A DNA stretch of 64,000 nt from an uncultured Alphaproteobacteria bacterium (lineage in GTDB: Bacteria; Pseudomonadota; Alphaproteobacteria; Rs-D84): contig CALXLG010000004.1 of the NCBI GenBank assembly GCA_944389135.1, positions 2,413 to 66,412 on the forward strand. The letters run 5' to 3'. Made by a program: the position numbers and the translations under genes. This document shows, in pieces, positions 1 to 10,013 of this stretch (position 1 is its first letter; every line of letters starts with the position of its first letter). The notes beneath the pieces are model-generated. The model did not search any database, had not been told where the DNA came from, and saw nothing but the letters and a program-made list of their open reading frames with translations.

Positions 1-501
1 GCTGATAAAATATACGATTTTATAAGTGCGGCACAATGCAATGAAAACATAACTGCAAACGAGGCTGTATCGGCACCATTATTAGAACGTTATAAAATGT
101 TAATGAGTTCTGCAAATGCTTGTTGCACAGACGGTATGGCATATTCATTAAAGCAAGCAGGTGCCACTGACGGTCTGATATATAAATTCTTGGCAGATGA
201 CGCCAACTTTTATGGGCTTGGCGCGCGTTGCTTAATGATGACAGACCAAGACTTAGATAAAAAATACCCAAATACAGCAACCGCGGCAGTCGTAGCAGAC
301 GTAAGAAACGGTTGCCTATGTCGTGGCCGTCAATGGTTTGAAGCAATGCTGGCACCATTTAAAGACGTATATAAAGCCATGCCAGAATTCAAAGATTATA
401 AGTTCTATTATACTTATACAGACGGCCTGCAGCGTGAAATAACAGTATCTGTAAATAACGATGTGCAGAACGTGTTAAATCAGCTGGCATTGTGCCCATA
501 A
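1..501 (+). CDS. Cys-rich hypothetical protein (5' end lies outside the window)
   Basis: Frame 1 is open from nt 1 with no stop until TAA at 499-501. The product is Cys-rich and a terminator hairpin follows. Confidence 0.45.
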   Translation, partial: ADKIYDFISAAQCNENITANEAVSAPLLERYKMLMSSANACCTDGMAYSLKQAGATDGLIYKFLADDANFYGLGARCLMMTDQDLDKKYPNTATAAVVADVRNGCLCRGRQWFEAMLAPFKDVYKAMPEFKDYKFYYTYTDGLQREITVSVNNDVQNVLNQLALCP

Positions 502-520
502 AAATATACCTATAAAAAAA

Positions 521-545
521 GCTCCGCATGTGCGGAGTTTTTTTA
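521..545 (+). terminator. rho-independent terminator
   Basis: Stem ctccgca/tgcggag followed by a T-run. Confidence 0.6.
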
Positions 546-570
546 TAACAATAAAACACCACAAAAATAA

Positions 571-600
571 AAAAGCCATTATTTACAATGGCTTTTTTAT
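571..600. terminator. bidirectional rho-independent terminator
   Basis: Hairpin agccatt-loop-aatggct with A-run and T-run flanks, sitting between convergent genes. Confidence 0.55.
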
Positions 601-1374
601 TTAATATCTCATCTGATTATATCCATAAGAAGTATTCTGTCTTTGCAAGTTTTCTAAATTACGCGTAACCACAACACGCATATAATCAATACAACGATTT
701 AAATCTTGACGATTTGAGCCTGCTTCCGTACATTCATTATATGCAGTATTGAATGCATCACTAACTTTAACTTTACTGTCTTTTAAATCTACATTTTTTT
801 CTAAATTATCATATAAACGCATAGTTTCCAAATCTGTTTGAATCTGCTGTTTTGCGGCACCAATGTCAGAATTGTTAATTGCTGATAAAGTTCTATCCAG
901 ATTACGTGATAAACAATTCATAACATCAGAAGTATAACCTGTGCGGCAATTTTCAGCCCCAGAAACACCGTTTTCAGCAATTCCGGCTATTCCGCCAGAA
1001 GAAGAACCGGATGATGCACCTGCTGCTTCAAGATTCGTTGTTAAAACAGCTTTCTGCAATTGCGTCTTTAAACGTTTAATAGTGGCTTCTAAGAAATCGT
1101 ACTGCTTTTCCATTTGTTGCGTTATGATTGTGGTCTTTAAAGCAACAACGTCACGTATTAATTGTTTATCTGCCTCGCTACTGGGATTAGTCGTTTTTCC
1201 TATGTTATATACATGAGTGCTACAAAGTGCCAACTCAGGATTAATTCTATCGTTTCTGCTAAGATCAGAACAACCATTATCGTCAGCATAAACAGGTAAC
1301 GCAACCACGAAAAGGCTAAGTCCCAAAAAGGTACAATTTCTTAAAACTTTAAAAATTTTCTTTTCTTTATTCAT
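601..1374 (-). CDS. secreted hypothetical protein
   Basis: N-terminal signal peptide (hydrophobic stretch ending VYADD). Contains a Gly/Ser-rich segment, coiled-coil-like regions and a few Cys residues. Confidence 0.55.
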   Translation of the reverse strand: MNKEKKIFKVLRNCTFLGLSLFVVALPVYADDNGCSDLSRNDRINPELALCSTHVYNIGKTTNPSSEADKQLIRDVVALKTTIITQQMEKQYDFLEATIKRLKTQLQKAVLTTNLEAAGASSGSSSGGIAGIAENGVSGAENCRTGYTSDVMNCLSRNLDRTLSAINNSDIGAAKQQIQTDLETMRLYDNLEKNVDLKDSKVKVSDAFNTAYNECTEAGSNRQDLNRCIDYMRVVVTRNLENLQRQNTSYGYNQMRY

Positions 1375-1384
1375 TTCTTTTTTA

Positions 1385-3334
1385 TTAGAGCATAATTAGA
1401 TAAGGTGCGCTTCTCAAACAGTCTAACTTTTTAGTCGTATCCGTAATAGCATCACAACTACACTCTACCTTGATTATGGATTTTTTTACTTCTCCACCTG
1501 CTGCTTGGCATTCTGAATCAAATGTTTCCAGCCGTTTGTATTTCTCTTTATCATATGCTTCTTCCAACTTTTTATCCGCGCGGCTTTTTCCTGTACTATC
1601 CAAGCAAGCACCACGGTCTATATCAAACACTGTATAAACATCACCACTGCATACACACGTTTTTTCCTTATCATCCCAGCGCATATAATTTTTATCTACC
1701 CCATTATTGCAAACGCATTTATCATATTCATAATTTGCGTTACTTAATGAACCACATTTCATCACTACACCATCTGCTGCAGATGAATCAGATACCAGCA
1801 ATCCATCGCTGTTAACTAATGCTTCCAACCTAGAATCAGGAACACAAACAGATGACGGTAATGTTTTTAACGAAACACTTTTCTGCAAATCTTGATATGT
1901 TGTTGCATTAACCGCACAATATTTTACAGGATTAATTGTTGTTTTTGTACCAAATGCAGAACTGCTAAATGTCGCAGGCGCATCTTGTTCAATCATTCGT
2001 TGCAAGGTTTCTATATCAATAGAAGTATCTCTCTTAAGATTACGGAACAATGCCGAATTATCCAATGCATCAGACATACAACCAATACGAATTGTGACGC
2101 CTTCCTTACTTCCATCTGGTGGATATAACCAGTTTGCATAAATTTCATCTTTTGAAGACAAGGTTTTAATCGGCTGACAGCCGCCGTCAGACATTGGAAC
2201 AATTCCACCTGGCGTACACTGCGCATTACCATATACAGTGCCTTCTGCTGTCGTAATTGCTACAGAACGCCCGTTTACACAATTTAGAGTATTATAAGTC
2301 ATCACTTGCCCGGGTCCACACAAATACTGCCCCCAGACATTACATGAATCATTTAACATTAAATAAATATCTGTAATATCAACACCAACAGTTTGTGCCA
2401 ACATCAAGGCATCATATATATCATTTAACACAGCATTATATGGGTCAAAGAACTCCATTGCCTTTTGTTTAAAGGTCTTAACACGCTTTGGCCCTGTGCA
2501 GTTATTACCAGAAGAATCGCATCCTGCATAATCATAAAGAGTATTTAGAACTGTTTTTAGTTTTTTTAATGAAACCTCTGCATTTTCTATTTCTGTTAAA
2601 ATTTCCCCTGAAATCTGCTGACGCGCCAAAACGTCTGCAGAAACACCAGCAGATGCTGCAACTGTCTGCGCCTGTGTCAAAGCCCCAGAATTTGCTGTTG
2701 TTGTAGCAGCACTGGTCGTTGCAGCCGATGCGCTTTGTTGTGCGCTATTGGCCTGTGCAATCGCCTGCGCGGTTAATTGTTTCTGTTCTTCTAATGCAGC
2801 CTGCAATTGAGCCGTCGTTTCCGCATTCTGCTGTTGCATCTGCGCCTGCATTTGTTGCATCTGGCTTTGCATTTGCTGTAATTGTTGTGCACTTTGTGCC
2901 GCTGCGGCTTGCGCTGCCGCAACCTGTGCGTCTGCCGCCTGTTGATTTGATTTTGCAGTAGAACTTGCCACAATTTGTGCAGAAATATATTCTATTAAAT
3001 CATCACCATATTGTTTACAAGAAGCATTGCTTTCAACGCACCCTGCAACAATTGGCCTTGCCACATCCATGGTCGTACAGCCACCAGAAGAACACTTTGG
3101 TTGCGCACACCTTAATATCAAAGAATTACAATTACCAAAATCTGCAACTGGTGCACTACTGCCTGCACTGGTTCTGTTGTTCATTAATGTATTCCAATTC
3201 GCATTATTAACAGCACCAGAAGTTTGATTATAAGCCGTTAAATTACTGCCAGCCGTCGTAGATACAGGCGTTCCAAACGCATCTACTGAAACTAAAGCCA
3301 ACGCAAAAACTAAAAATCTGGATATACTTTTCAT
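1385..3334 (-). CDS. secreted Gln/Ala-rich, Cys-rich repeat protein
   Basis: Start placed at MKSISRF (ATG preceded by aagagag). Has a signal peptide, a long Q/A low-complexity tract, and a Cys6 module with spacing C-x6-C-x4-C-x4-C-x12-C-x6-C. Confidence 0.55.
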   Translation of the reverse strand: MKSISRFLVFALALVSVDAFGTPVSTTAGSNLTAYNQTSGAVNNANWNTLMNNRTSAGSSAPVADFGNCNSLILRCAQPKCSSGGCTTMDVARPIVAGCVESNASCKQYGDDLIEYISAQIVASSTAKSNQQAADAQVAAAQAAAAQSAQQLQQMQSQMQQMQAQMQQQNAETTAQLQAALEEQKQLTAQAIAQANSAQQSASAATTSAATTTANSGALTQAQTVAASAGVSADVLARQQISGEILTEIENAEVSLKKLKTVLNTLYDYAGCDSSGNNCTGPKRVKTFKQKAMEFFDPYNAVLNDIYDALMLAQTVGVDITDIYLMLNDSCNVWGQYLCGPGQVMTYNTLNCVNGRSVAITTAEGTVYGNAQCTPGGIVPMSDGGCQPIKTLSSKDEIYANWLYPPDGSKEGVTIRIGCMSDALDNSALFRNLKRDTSIDIETLQRMIEQDAPATFSSSAFGTKTTINPVKYCAVNATTYQDLQKSVSLKTLPSSVCVPDSRLEALVNSDGLLVSDSSAADGVVMKCGSLSNANYEYDKCVCNNGVDKNYMRWDDKEKTCVCSGDVYTVFDIDRGACLDSTGKSRADKKLEEAYDKEKYKRLETFDSECQAAGGEVKKSIIKVECSCDAITDTTKKLDCLRSAPYLIML

Positions 3335-3422
3335 ATTCTCTCTTAAGTTTGATTTTAACATAAAAAAAATGTTATGAAAAGACAAAAAAGCACAACCCTA
3401 TAAAAAAACACCAACAAATATA

Positions 3423-5264
3423 TTGACAAATATTTATTTTGTGATAAATATTATACCAATGGTTATACAAGATGGAAAACTTTTATTTGTTGACGAAACA
3501 GACCTTGATTCACAGGGTGCCTTATACATCCCCGAAGGTGTAATTAGTCTAGACAAGAACGTAGGAAACGCAACATTAGGTCTGCGCGCAGTATATTTTC
3601 CAAACAGCCTTAAAAAAATTGATACGCCTGTTTTTTGGGATAACCCTTATCTAGAAAAAATACATTTTGGCGATGAAACCGCAGAAATAAAAGTTGACGC
3701 TTTTTGGTGTTGCCCTAAAATCAAACATCTTCGCATCCCAGAAAAATGGGAAAATCTTGGATTTTTTTTCGAACTTAATTGTTCAAATCTAAATACCGTA
3801 ATTAGACACACCAAGTCTGGCGAAGAAGTCTATAAAATAAAAACACTTGATGGCAAACAATATTATGAAAAAGCCAACAAAACTATATTTGGATACCAGG
3901 TATTAACCTTACACCCTTTACGTTTTCATAACAGCGGCACTAATGATTATTTTGCAATTTGCACAAATAAAAACCATTTTATTTCAAAATCTCTAAGCAA
4001 CACCATACAACAAGCAAAAACATATAAAATAGAGCAAGCTTTTTCTGCCGCTTTACGTATATATGAATGCAAACACCCAGAAGCTGGCGATATATACGAA
4101 ATAAAAAAATTAATATTGATGGCTTTGCACAGAACCTTGATTCATATATCTCGGATAAACTATAAGCAAAAACGTATGTTGGCACAATATTGCAAAAACA
4201 TACCGCTATACGTAACACAGCTTCAAGAAATTTTAAGCAAATATCCACGTGCAAGGAATGATTTTTACGAATTACAAGAAATATCATTAGAAGACTTGGC
4301 AGATATAATCACGCCTCGTACAGTTGATGACATAAAAAATAAAAAATGCACCAAAAAGCTAAAGAACAAACCTGTTTCGCAAGATGAAATGACCAGAATG
4401 GTACAAGAAGGCTATAAAAACCCAGGTGCGTTTCCTTATGCATGGATAAAGCAAATCGCACCGTATCGTCGTGGGGCAGCAACGGAAAAACTACATAACG
4501 CTATTCGTAAAGCTGCAATCAAGATGTATAGCCCAGATAATTATTCTGTTGCAGGGTTAGAAAAACCGATTAGCAAACTACAAAAAGAACTAAGCAAGAT
4601 AACTCATCAACCCGTCAAAGTAGAGTTTTTATCTGCTGGTAACTTTGGAAAAACCTTTACAATTCAAATTGCAGACAGCAAAAAAGACGTTCTAAAGATA
4701 TACCACAGTAATCGTTCTTATAATTATGTACACAATTGGGGTCACGATACCGAATTACAAAACTCGTTTTTATTATCTGGAAAAAAATATAAAGGCAATA
4801 TAAAATTTAGAAAAATATCTACTGCAGGTATCAGCAACCAACGTGGTGAAAGATATTTGGTATATCCTTTTATTGATGCCCCAGAATCAGAAACCACATT
4901 TGATAAAAACACATGTTTTAAACGTATTTCATTATACGATTTTAATTCATCTGAAAATTTATTAGGCAACACAATAATAGATGCCGGTGCAATACAAATA
5001 AATAAAGATATATGGAACCTTGATAAAAATACGACAAAAATATTAAGAACCGTACTATATCAATCGTGGGATGATTTAGGTTTTGTTTTAAACAACTATA
5101 CAAACGAAGAAATAAAAACAGTAACCGATTTAATAATAAACAAATTAAAAGAAAGAATGCCAGGGAATCCAAAAACCGACAAGCAGGCTTTTAGAAATTA
5201 TAAGCAACTTAAAGCCAAGGCAGATTTTCTAAGGAATAAATTATACTCACGTGGATGCAGATAA
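3423..5264 (+). CDS. hypothetical protein with BspA-type leucine-rich-repeat-like N-terminus
   Basis: The N-terminus has repeated IPEGVxSL / IPEKWENL segments of about 23 aa, resembling BspA-type LRRs. The rest has no recognisable motif. Confidence 0.5.
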   Translation: MTNIYFVINIIPMVIQDGKLLFVDETDLDSQGALYIPEGVISLDKNVGNATLGLRAVYFPNSLKKIDTPVFWDNPYLEKIHFGDETAEIKVDAFWCCPKIKHLRIPEKWENLGFFFELNCSNLNTVIRHTKSGEEVYKIKTLDGKQYYEKANKTIFGYQVLTLHPLRFHNSGTNDYFAICTNKNHFISKSLSNTIQQAKTYKIEQAFSAALRIYECKHPEAGDIYEIKKLILMALHRTLIHISRINYKQKRMLAQYCKNIPLYVTQLQEILSKYPRARNDFYELQEISLEDLADIITPRTVDDIKNKKCTKKLKNKPVSQDEMTRMVQEGYKNPGAFPYAWIKQIAPYRRGAATEKLHNAIRKAAIKMYSPDNYSVAGLEKPISKLQKELSKITHQPVKVEFLSAGNFGKTFTIQIADSKKDVLKIYHSNRSYNYVHNWGHDTELQNSFLLSGKKYKGNIKFRKISTAGISNQRGERYLVYPFIDAPESETTFDKNTCFKRISLYDFNSSENLLGNTIIDAGAIQINKDIWNLDKNTTKILRTVLYQSWDDLGFVLNNYTNEEIKTVTDLIINKLKERMPGNPKTDKQAFRNYKQLKAKADFLRNKLYSRGCR

Positions 5265-5283
5265 TAAAAATAAGTAAGACAAA

Positions 5284-5310
5284 ATAAAACGCCCAAACGG
5301 GCGTTTTATT
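5284..5310. terminator. bidirectional terminator
   Basis: Hairpin acgccc-aaac-gggcgt with T-run flanks. Confidence 0.6.
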
Positions 5311-8300
5311 TTATTCCATGCTGGTGGTAATAACATCACCATATACACCGAACTGTTCAGAACCGATATAACACTGCAGATGCTTACCAACTTCGTTCAT
5401 CCATTCGTCAATGGCTTCACGTTCTGCTTTATCCAACTGAGCATCCTGTACACTTTTTGTTATGTAATAGGTCAACAACCCACCACCAACACCGCCAACG
5501 ACAGAGCTAACACCTGTTGCGATTGCACGTCTTTTTGTTTCATTTTTATCCACAGTAGTCGTGGCTGTAGAATAAGCTTCATCTCTACATGCATCTGCTA
5601 ATTTATCTAATTCGGTCTTTGCTTTCGTCCTAGCTTTTGTCAGTTGATCATCTGTAACAGAACTACTATTGCTCCTTTTTTGGTCTTCAAGAGTTTTTAA
5701 AGCTGTCATTGCGTCATTGACCGTATTAATAATTGTATAAGAAACATTCAGCTCCTCTGCAACTTTGATAGCATTATCTGAATATTGCTTAGCTGTTGCA
5801 TAATTGCTATCTATATTATTTCTTGCGCTACTAGCAAGACCCGCACAATTTCCTGCACGCGCACCTAATTGTCCACTTGCAGTGTTAGCTTTTTTATTTG
5901 ATTGTAAACCGGTTAATCCACCAAAGATGTCACCTGTTGCAACAGCGTCACCAAAGAAACCGCCACCAACGCCACCACCCAGTACACCCAGTGCGGTCAT
6001 CCAACCTGCAATCTTTGGCTGCGCCTCTTTTGCGTCCTCACGGGCAGCACTGCCAACATTTGCAGAGATTTCTTCCAATACACTGGATGGTATCCAGCTG
6101 CCACATGTAAATGTATCGCCCGCTGCATAATACGCTGTTGCCCAATCGGCACCCGAACGTATCGCATCTTGGATATATTTGTCGTCTGACTGAATGTTTA
6201 TACGGATACGGCAGAACGAACCATACAAATCATTACTTGCAACGAAATCATTTGCCTGCAACCCAGATACAGTATAATTAGACGGTACCTTGTTGTTTTT
6301 CAACTTTACCCACAAGAATGTACTGCCCATATCTTTATTACCCATGATACCACCAGAATTGCTGGACATACACATATTCTGTTGTTTTGTAAGCTTTGCG
6401 TTATATTTCGCTTGTGCTTCCATTTCCAAATCTGCAATCAAATCTGTAAATATTTGCGCTTGGGCTTTGCTCTCTGCCAACTGGTCTTTTGTTACCATTT
6501 TTGCAAACATATACATACCACTTGCGTCATCACAACGCCCAGATGCACCAGAACCGTTTTGTGTTGTACACAACAAATTCCCATCTACGTCTTGGTCTTG
6601 AACCATTGTCGCAGTTGTAGATACGTTATATGTACCAGCATCTAACCAACCTTGGCGAACACTGCCGGAACTGCCCCAAGAACTTGCCGAACTTGCATTA
6701 CCAGCCTGTGCACGAGCCATTTCAGCCTTGATATGTTCTGCACAATTTGGATCGGCTTGGACTGTATTTATACACAAACCTAAAATAATTGTATGATCCA
6801 AAACACCACCGACCTTATTCATACTGGCATTAAACGCATCATCGTTCGTATTGGTCAATGATGAATATATGTCTGTACGGTTACGATAACAATTCTGATA
6901 ATCTGTACCACACTGCACTTTAACACAGTTTGTCGCAGTTAATTTGCAATTTTGTTCCATCTGGTCTAATGCACTTTGACTATAAGAAGACGCCAATCTT
7001 GCATTCAAAGATGCAACAACACCAACTGGGTCACCACCGTTATCTGCAGATGTAAACAAACGATCAAACAAGCTGTTGCCATTATTAAATATGTTGATTG
7101 TTATCGCACTACCTTCGGTTGCGTCTAATTTTGCACCAGCATATTGACATGCAATATCATTATTAACAACAGCTTCGCACTCTGATTTTATTGTTTCCAA
7201 AGTACTTGGGTTCGTAACACCTTTTACTGTATTTGAATTGTTAAAAGCAGATGCATAACACGCAGCCCCGCTACCTTCGCCACATGCCAACATTGCACAT
7301 GAAGAAATAGTTTCAGAACAACGCTTCTTCGCTTCTTCATCAAACTGTACAATCAAATCGTCAATCTTTACGCTTAATGATGCATTCATACGTTTTTCAT
7401 ATGCTTCAGAAAACATTTCTGTATGATTATCAGGATCTTGCAACTGAGATGCACTTGGCATAGCACCATTTCCAATTAACGTCGCATAACAGTACTGATT
7501 TGTACCAATAGTATCCATACACTCGTTGCTTAAAAAGTCTTTTACAGAACTTTTTGTTGTTGTCGTCGCACCGCCATTATCAGATGCGCTTTTTTCCTGC
7601 ATTTTATCTGCGGCATCTGCCAATGCAGTTGCGCTTCCTTCTTTACATCTATATGGATTGCTGGCACATGCGTTTAAGAAACATTGGTCAATAACTTTAT
7701 AACATGTAGAAACCGCGTTAACTGCCGCCAATGCCCTACCTTCAGAAATTAAAATACCAACACGACTGTCTGCCGTTGGGTTTGCAGACGTGTTTGTTGT
7801 ACCAAACAATTCTTTGATACCATCACTTTGGCAACGCGCCAAGGTTGATTCACAGAATAATTTTTGCTTCTTGAATTCGGTATCGCTTGTACACAATTCA
7901 AAATCAGAACCACAAACGTCTGATTTCTGCAAACAACTTGTATATTTCTTTACACAGTCGCTTGTATCATAACGATTGCTTATTTCAGCCGCAGAAATTA
8001 ACTGTCCCAAGACACTGCCTGCCGTTGGGTAAGTATATTCACCACTTGAATTCTTTGTTGCCAATGCGGTTTGACTGCTTGTACCAAACAAAGAGTTTAT
8101 ACCAGAAGCATTACACATTGCCAACGTACCAGAACATACCGCCTTTCTAGAAAAGAACAGCGTGTTATTTGTACATTCTTCAAAATTACTGCCACAAGCA
8201 TCGCTTCCTTTCAAGCATTCTGTGTATGCATCAATACACTCGGAGTTTTCTAATAAACTTGACGTGGTCGCCGTCGTTCCTGTTGAACTAGAAACATATG

Positions 8301-8433
8301 CGGTCATCGTCGGCATACGAGATATAGCAGTACCAACAACACTTGGACGCGCAGTCAAGGCATACGCCACAGGAACAATGCTAAAAACCGCCATAAAACC
8401 AATTGTTTTTTTAAGAAGATTCATTAGACTCAC
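5311..8433 (-). CDS. large secreted Cys-rich surface protein (1040 aa)
   Basis: Signal peptide present. Two tandem Cys6 modules (aa ~66-107 and ~160-201) with identical spacing. Gly-zipper-like segments near the C-terminus. Confidence 0.55.
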   Translation of the reverse strand: MSLMNLLKKTIGFMAVFSIVPVAYALTARPSVVGTAISRMPTMTAYVSSSTGTTATTSSLLENSECIDAYTECLKGSDACGSNFEECTNNTLFFSRKAVCSGTLAMCNASGINSLFGTSSQTALATKNSSGEYTYPTAGSVLGQLISAAEISNRYDTSDCVKKYTSCLQKSDVCGSDFELCTSDTEFKKQKLFCESTLARCQSDGIKELFGTTNTSANPTADSRVGILISEGRALAAVNAVSTCYKVIDQCFLNACASNPYRCKEGSATALADAADKMQEKSASDNGGATTTTKSSVKDFLSNECMDTIGTNQYCYATLIGNGAMPSASQLQDPDNHTEMFSEAYEKRMNASLSVKIDDLIVQFDEEAKKRCSETISSCAMLACGEGSGAACYASAFNNSNTVKGVTNPSTLETIKSECEAVVNNDIACQYAGAKLDATEGSAITINIFNNGNSLFDRLFTSADNGGDPVGVVASLNARLASSYSQSALDQMEQNCKLTATNCVKVQCGTDYQNCYRNRTDIYSSLTNTNDDAFNASMNKVGGVLDHTIILGLCINTVQADPNCAEHIKAEMARAQAGNASSASSWGSSGSVRQGWLDAGTYNVSTTATMVQDQDVDGNLLCTTQNGSGASGRCDDASGMYMFAKMVTKDQLAESKAQAQIFTDLIADLEMEAQAKYNAKLTKQQNMCMSSNSGGIMGNKDMGSTFLWVKLKNNKVPSNYTVSGLQANDFVASNDLYGSFCRIRINIQSDDKYIQDAIRSGADWATAYYAAGDTFTCGSWIPSSVLEEISANVGSAAREDAKEAQPKIAGWMTALGVLGGGVGGGFFGDAVATGDIFGGLTGLQSNKKANTASGQLGARAGNCAGLASSARNNIDSNYATAKQYSDNAIKVAEELNVSYTIINTVNDAMTALKTLEDQKRSNSSSVTDDQLTKARTKAKTELDKLADACRDEAYSTATTTVDKNETKRRAIATGVSSVVGGVGGGLLTYYITKSVQDAQLDKAEREAIDEWMNEVGKHLQCYIGSEQFGVYGDVITTSME

Positions 8434-8538
8434 TCCATACTTATTGTTTCAGTATAACATACTTTTATCATTTGATAAAGAAAAAATATTCAATATTTCA
8501 AAACTTTAAAAATAAAAAATAGGGTAAAACCCTATTTC

Positions 8539-9498
8539 CTACCCTATATCATCTAAGATACTTTTTAGCTCTTGCATATCATCAGGCATTCGTGCCTTAA
8601 AGTGCATCTCTTGTCCTGTAACGGGGTGCTTGAAATCTAAAATTTCCGCATGCAGCATCTGACCGTCATGTGTTTTTAAGAACTCTAACAATTCTTCATT
8701 TTTCACACTGCCTAATCTGCTGGCACCACGCCCATAAATCGGGTCGCACAAAACAGGAAAACCATGCGATGATAAATGAACCCTTATCTGATGTGTACGC
8801 CCTGTTAATAAATTGCACCTGAACAAAGAAACCCCTGCACGCGTCCAAGCATCCGACACAACAACCTCGGTATGTGCAGGTTTACCCCCAGACTTTACCA
8901 TTGTCATCTTCTGACGATTTCTTGAAGACCGGGCAATATTACCCGTAATATCAGCACTTTCCCAATTTGGCACCCCCCAAACAAACGCCAAGTACTTTCT
9001 GGTCAAGTCGTGTTCCGAAAATGTTTTGACCAATCCACGAAAAGCCGCATCAGACTTAGCAAACACCATAACACCACTGGTATCTTTGTCCAAGCGATGC
9101 ACAACCCCAGGTCTAACCGCCCCACCCAGCGCAGACAAATGGGTATAAGCCAAAATATTTTGAACTAGCGTTCCTGTTTTATTCCCTGCAGACGGGTACA
9201 TCACCACACCACGGGGCTTGTTAATCACGATAATATCATCATCTTCATATAAAATATCTAAATCAAAATCTGAAGATATATTTTCAGCTGCAACATCCGT
9301 TTCTCTTTCAGGCACAAAAACATCTATACAATCGCCAGGACGTAAACGCTGAGAAAATTTTACGTCATTTCCATTTAATAAAACACAAAACTTTTGAATC
9401 TCGCTGCGTGAAAAATCACCCATTTTACTTACTAAAAATTTATCTAAACGATTGCCAGACTCTTCTTCGGGCACAACAAACTGAATTTTCTTTTCCAT
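8539..9498 (-). CDS. rluD: 23S rRNA pseudouridine synthase, RluA/RluD family
   Basis: HRLDKDTSGVMVFAK catalytic motif and an S4-like N-terminus. Confidence 0.85.
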   Translation of the reverse strand: MEKKIQFVVPEEESGNRLDKFLVSKMGDFSRSEIQKFCVLLNGNDVKFSQRLRPGDCIDVFVPERETDVAAENISSDFDLDILYEDDDIIVINKPRGVVMYPSAGNKTGTLVQNILAYTHLSALGGAVRPGVVHRLDKDTSGVMVFAKSDAAFRGLVKTFSEHDLTRKYLAFVWGVPNWESADITGNIARSSRNRQKMTMVKSGGKPAHTEVVVSDAWTRAGVSLFRCNLLTGRTHQIRVHLSSHGFPVLCDPIYGRGASRLGSVKNEELLEFLKTHDGQMLHAEILDFKHPVTGQEMHFKARMPDDMQELKSILDDIG

Positions 9499-9505
9499 AT
9501 AAAAC

Positions 9506-10000
9506 CTACTTATATTCTTCCCAGTCCTTTCCTTTTTTGCAATCGGATAATTTTATTGTTAGTTCGCGCCCGTTTGCTTCTACTGGGCATGTTAACAATC
9601 CTGTACTAACGGCTTCGTCTGCATCCCTTGTTGCATTACGCCAAGTAAAATTTATTTCTTCTGGTGGATAAAGACATGCAATACGTAACTCGCCATCATG
9701 CTTATCATTTGGTCCCAACCATATACGAACACCTTCACCAAGTCCATAACAAGGAAAACCGTCCAAATAATACAAAACCAACCCTTTGCCTATCATATTA
9801 GAAGACAAAGAAGTGAATTTCCCACGATATTCATAATAAAGCATACCCGTAAGTCCTTGCCAATCTGTACTGGTAGAAAAAATACTTACACGTGGCAAAG
9901 GTTGCTGCTGAGGCGGAGTATCCGTATTTGTACCAGAATCTGCCGCAAAAGAATTAAAACCGAAAGAAATTAAAAATAATACAAGTAATATTTGTTTCAT
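9506..10000 (-). CDS. small secreted 4-Cys protein
   Basis: Start at MKQILL, preceded by an agggggg ribosome-binding site. Signal peptide ...NSFAADS. Overlaps the upstream gene, suggesting coupling. Confidence 0.5.
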   Translation of the reverse strand: MKQILLVLFLISFGFNSFAADSGTNTDTPPQQQPLPRVSIFSTSTDWQGLTGMLYYEYRGKFTSLSSNMIGKGLVLYYLDGFPCYGLGEGVRIWLGPNDKHDGELRIACLYPPEEINFTWRNATRDADEAVSTGLLTCPVEANGRELTIKLSDCKKGKDWEEYK

Positions 10001-10013
10001 TTCGTCCCCCCTA

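Noticed and set aside
941-1216. Numerous 60-220 aa ORFs on the strand opposite to long genes (e.g. 941-1216, 5804-6130, 15192-15716, 18655-19101, 22337-22888, 41827-42468, 60437-61060)
   Set aside because: These are shadow ORFs within well-supported genes, with low-complexity or odd composition and no start context.
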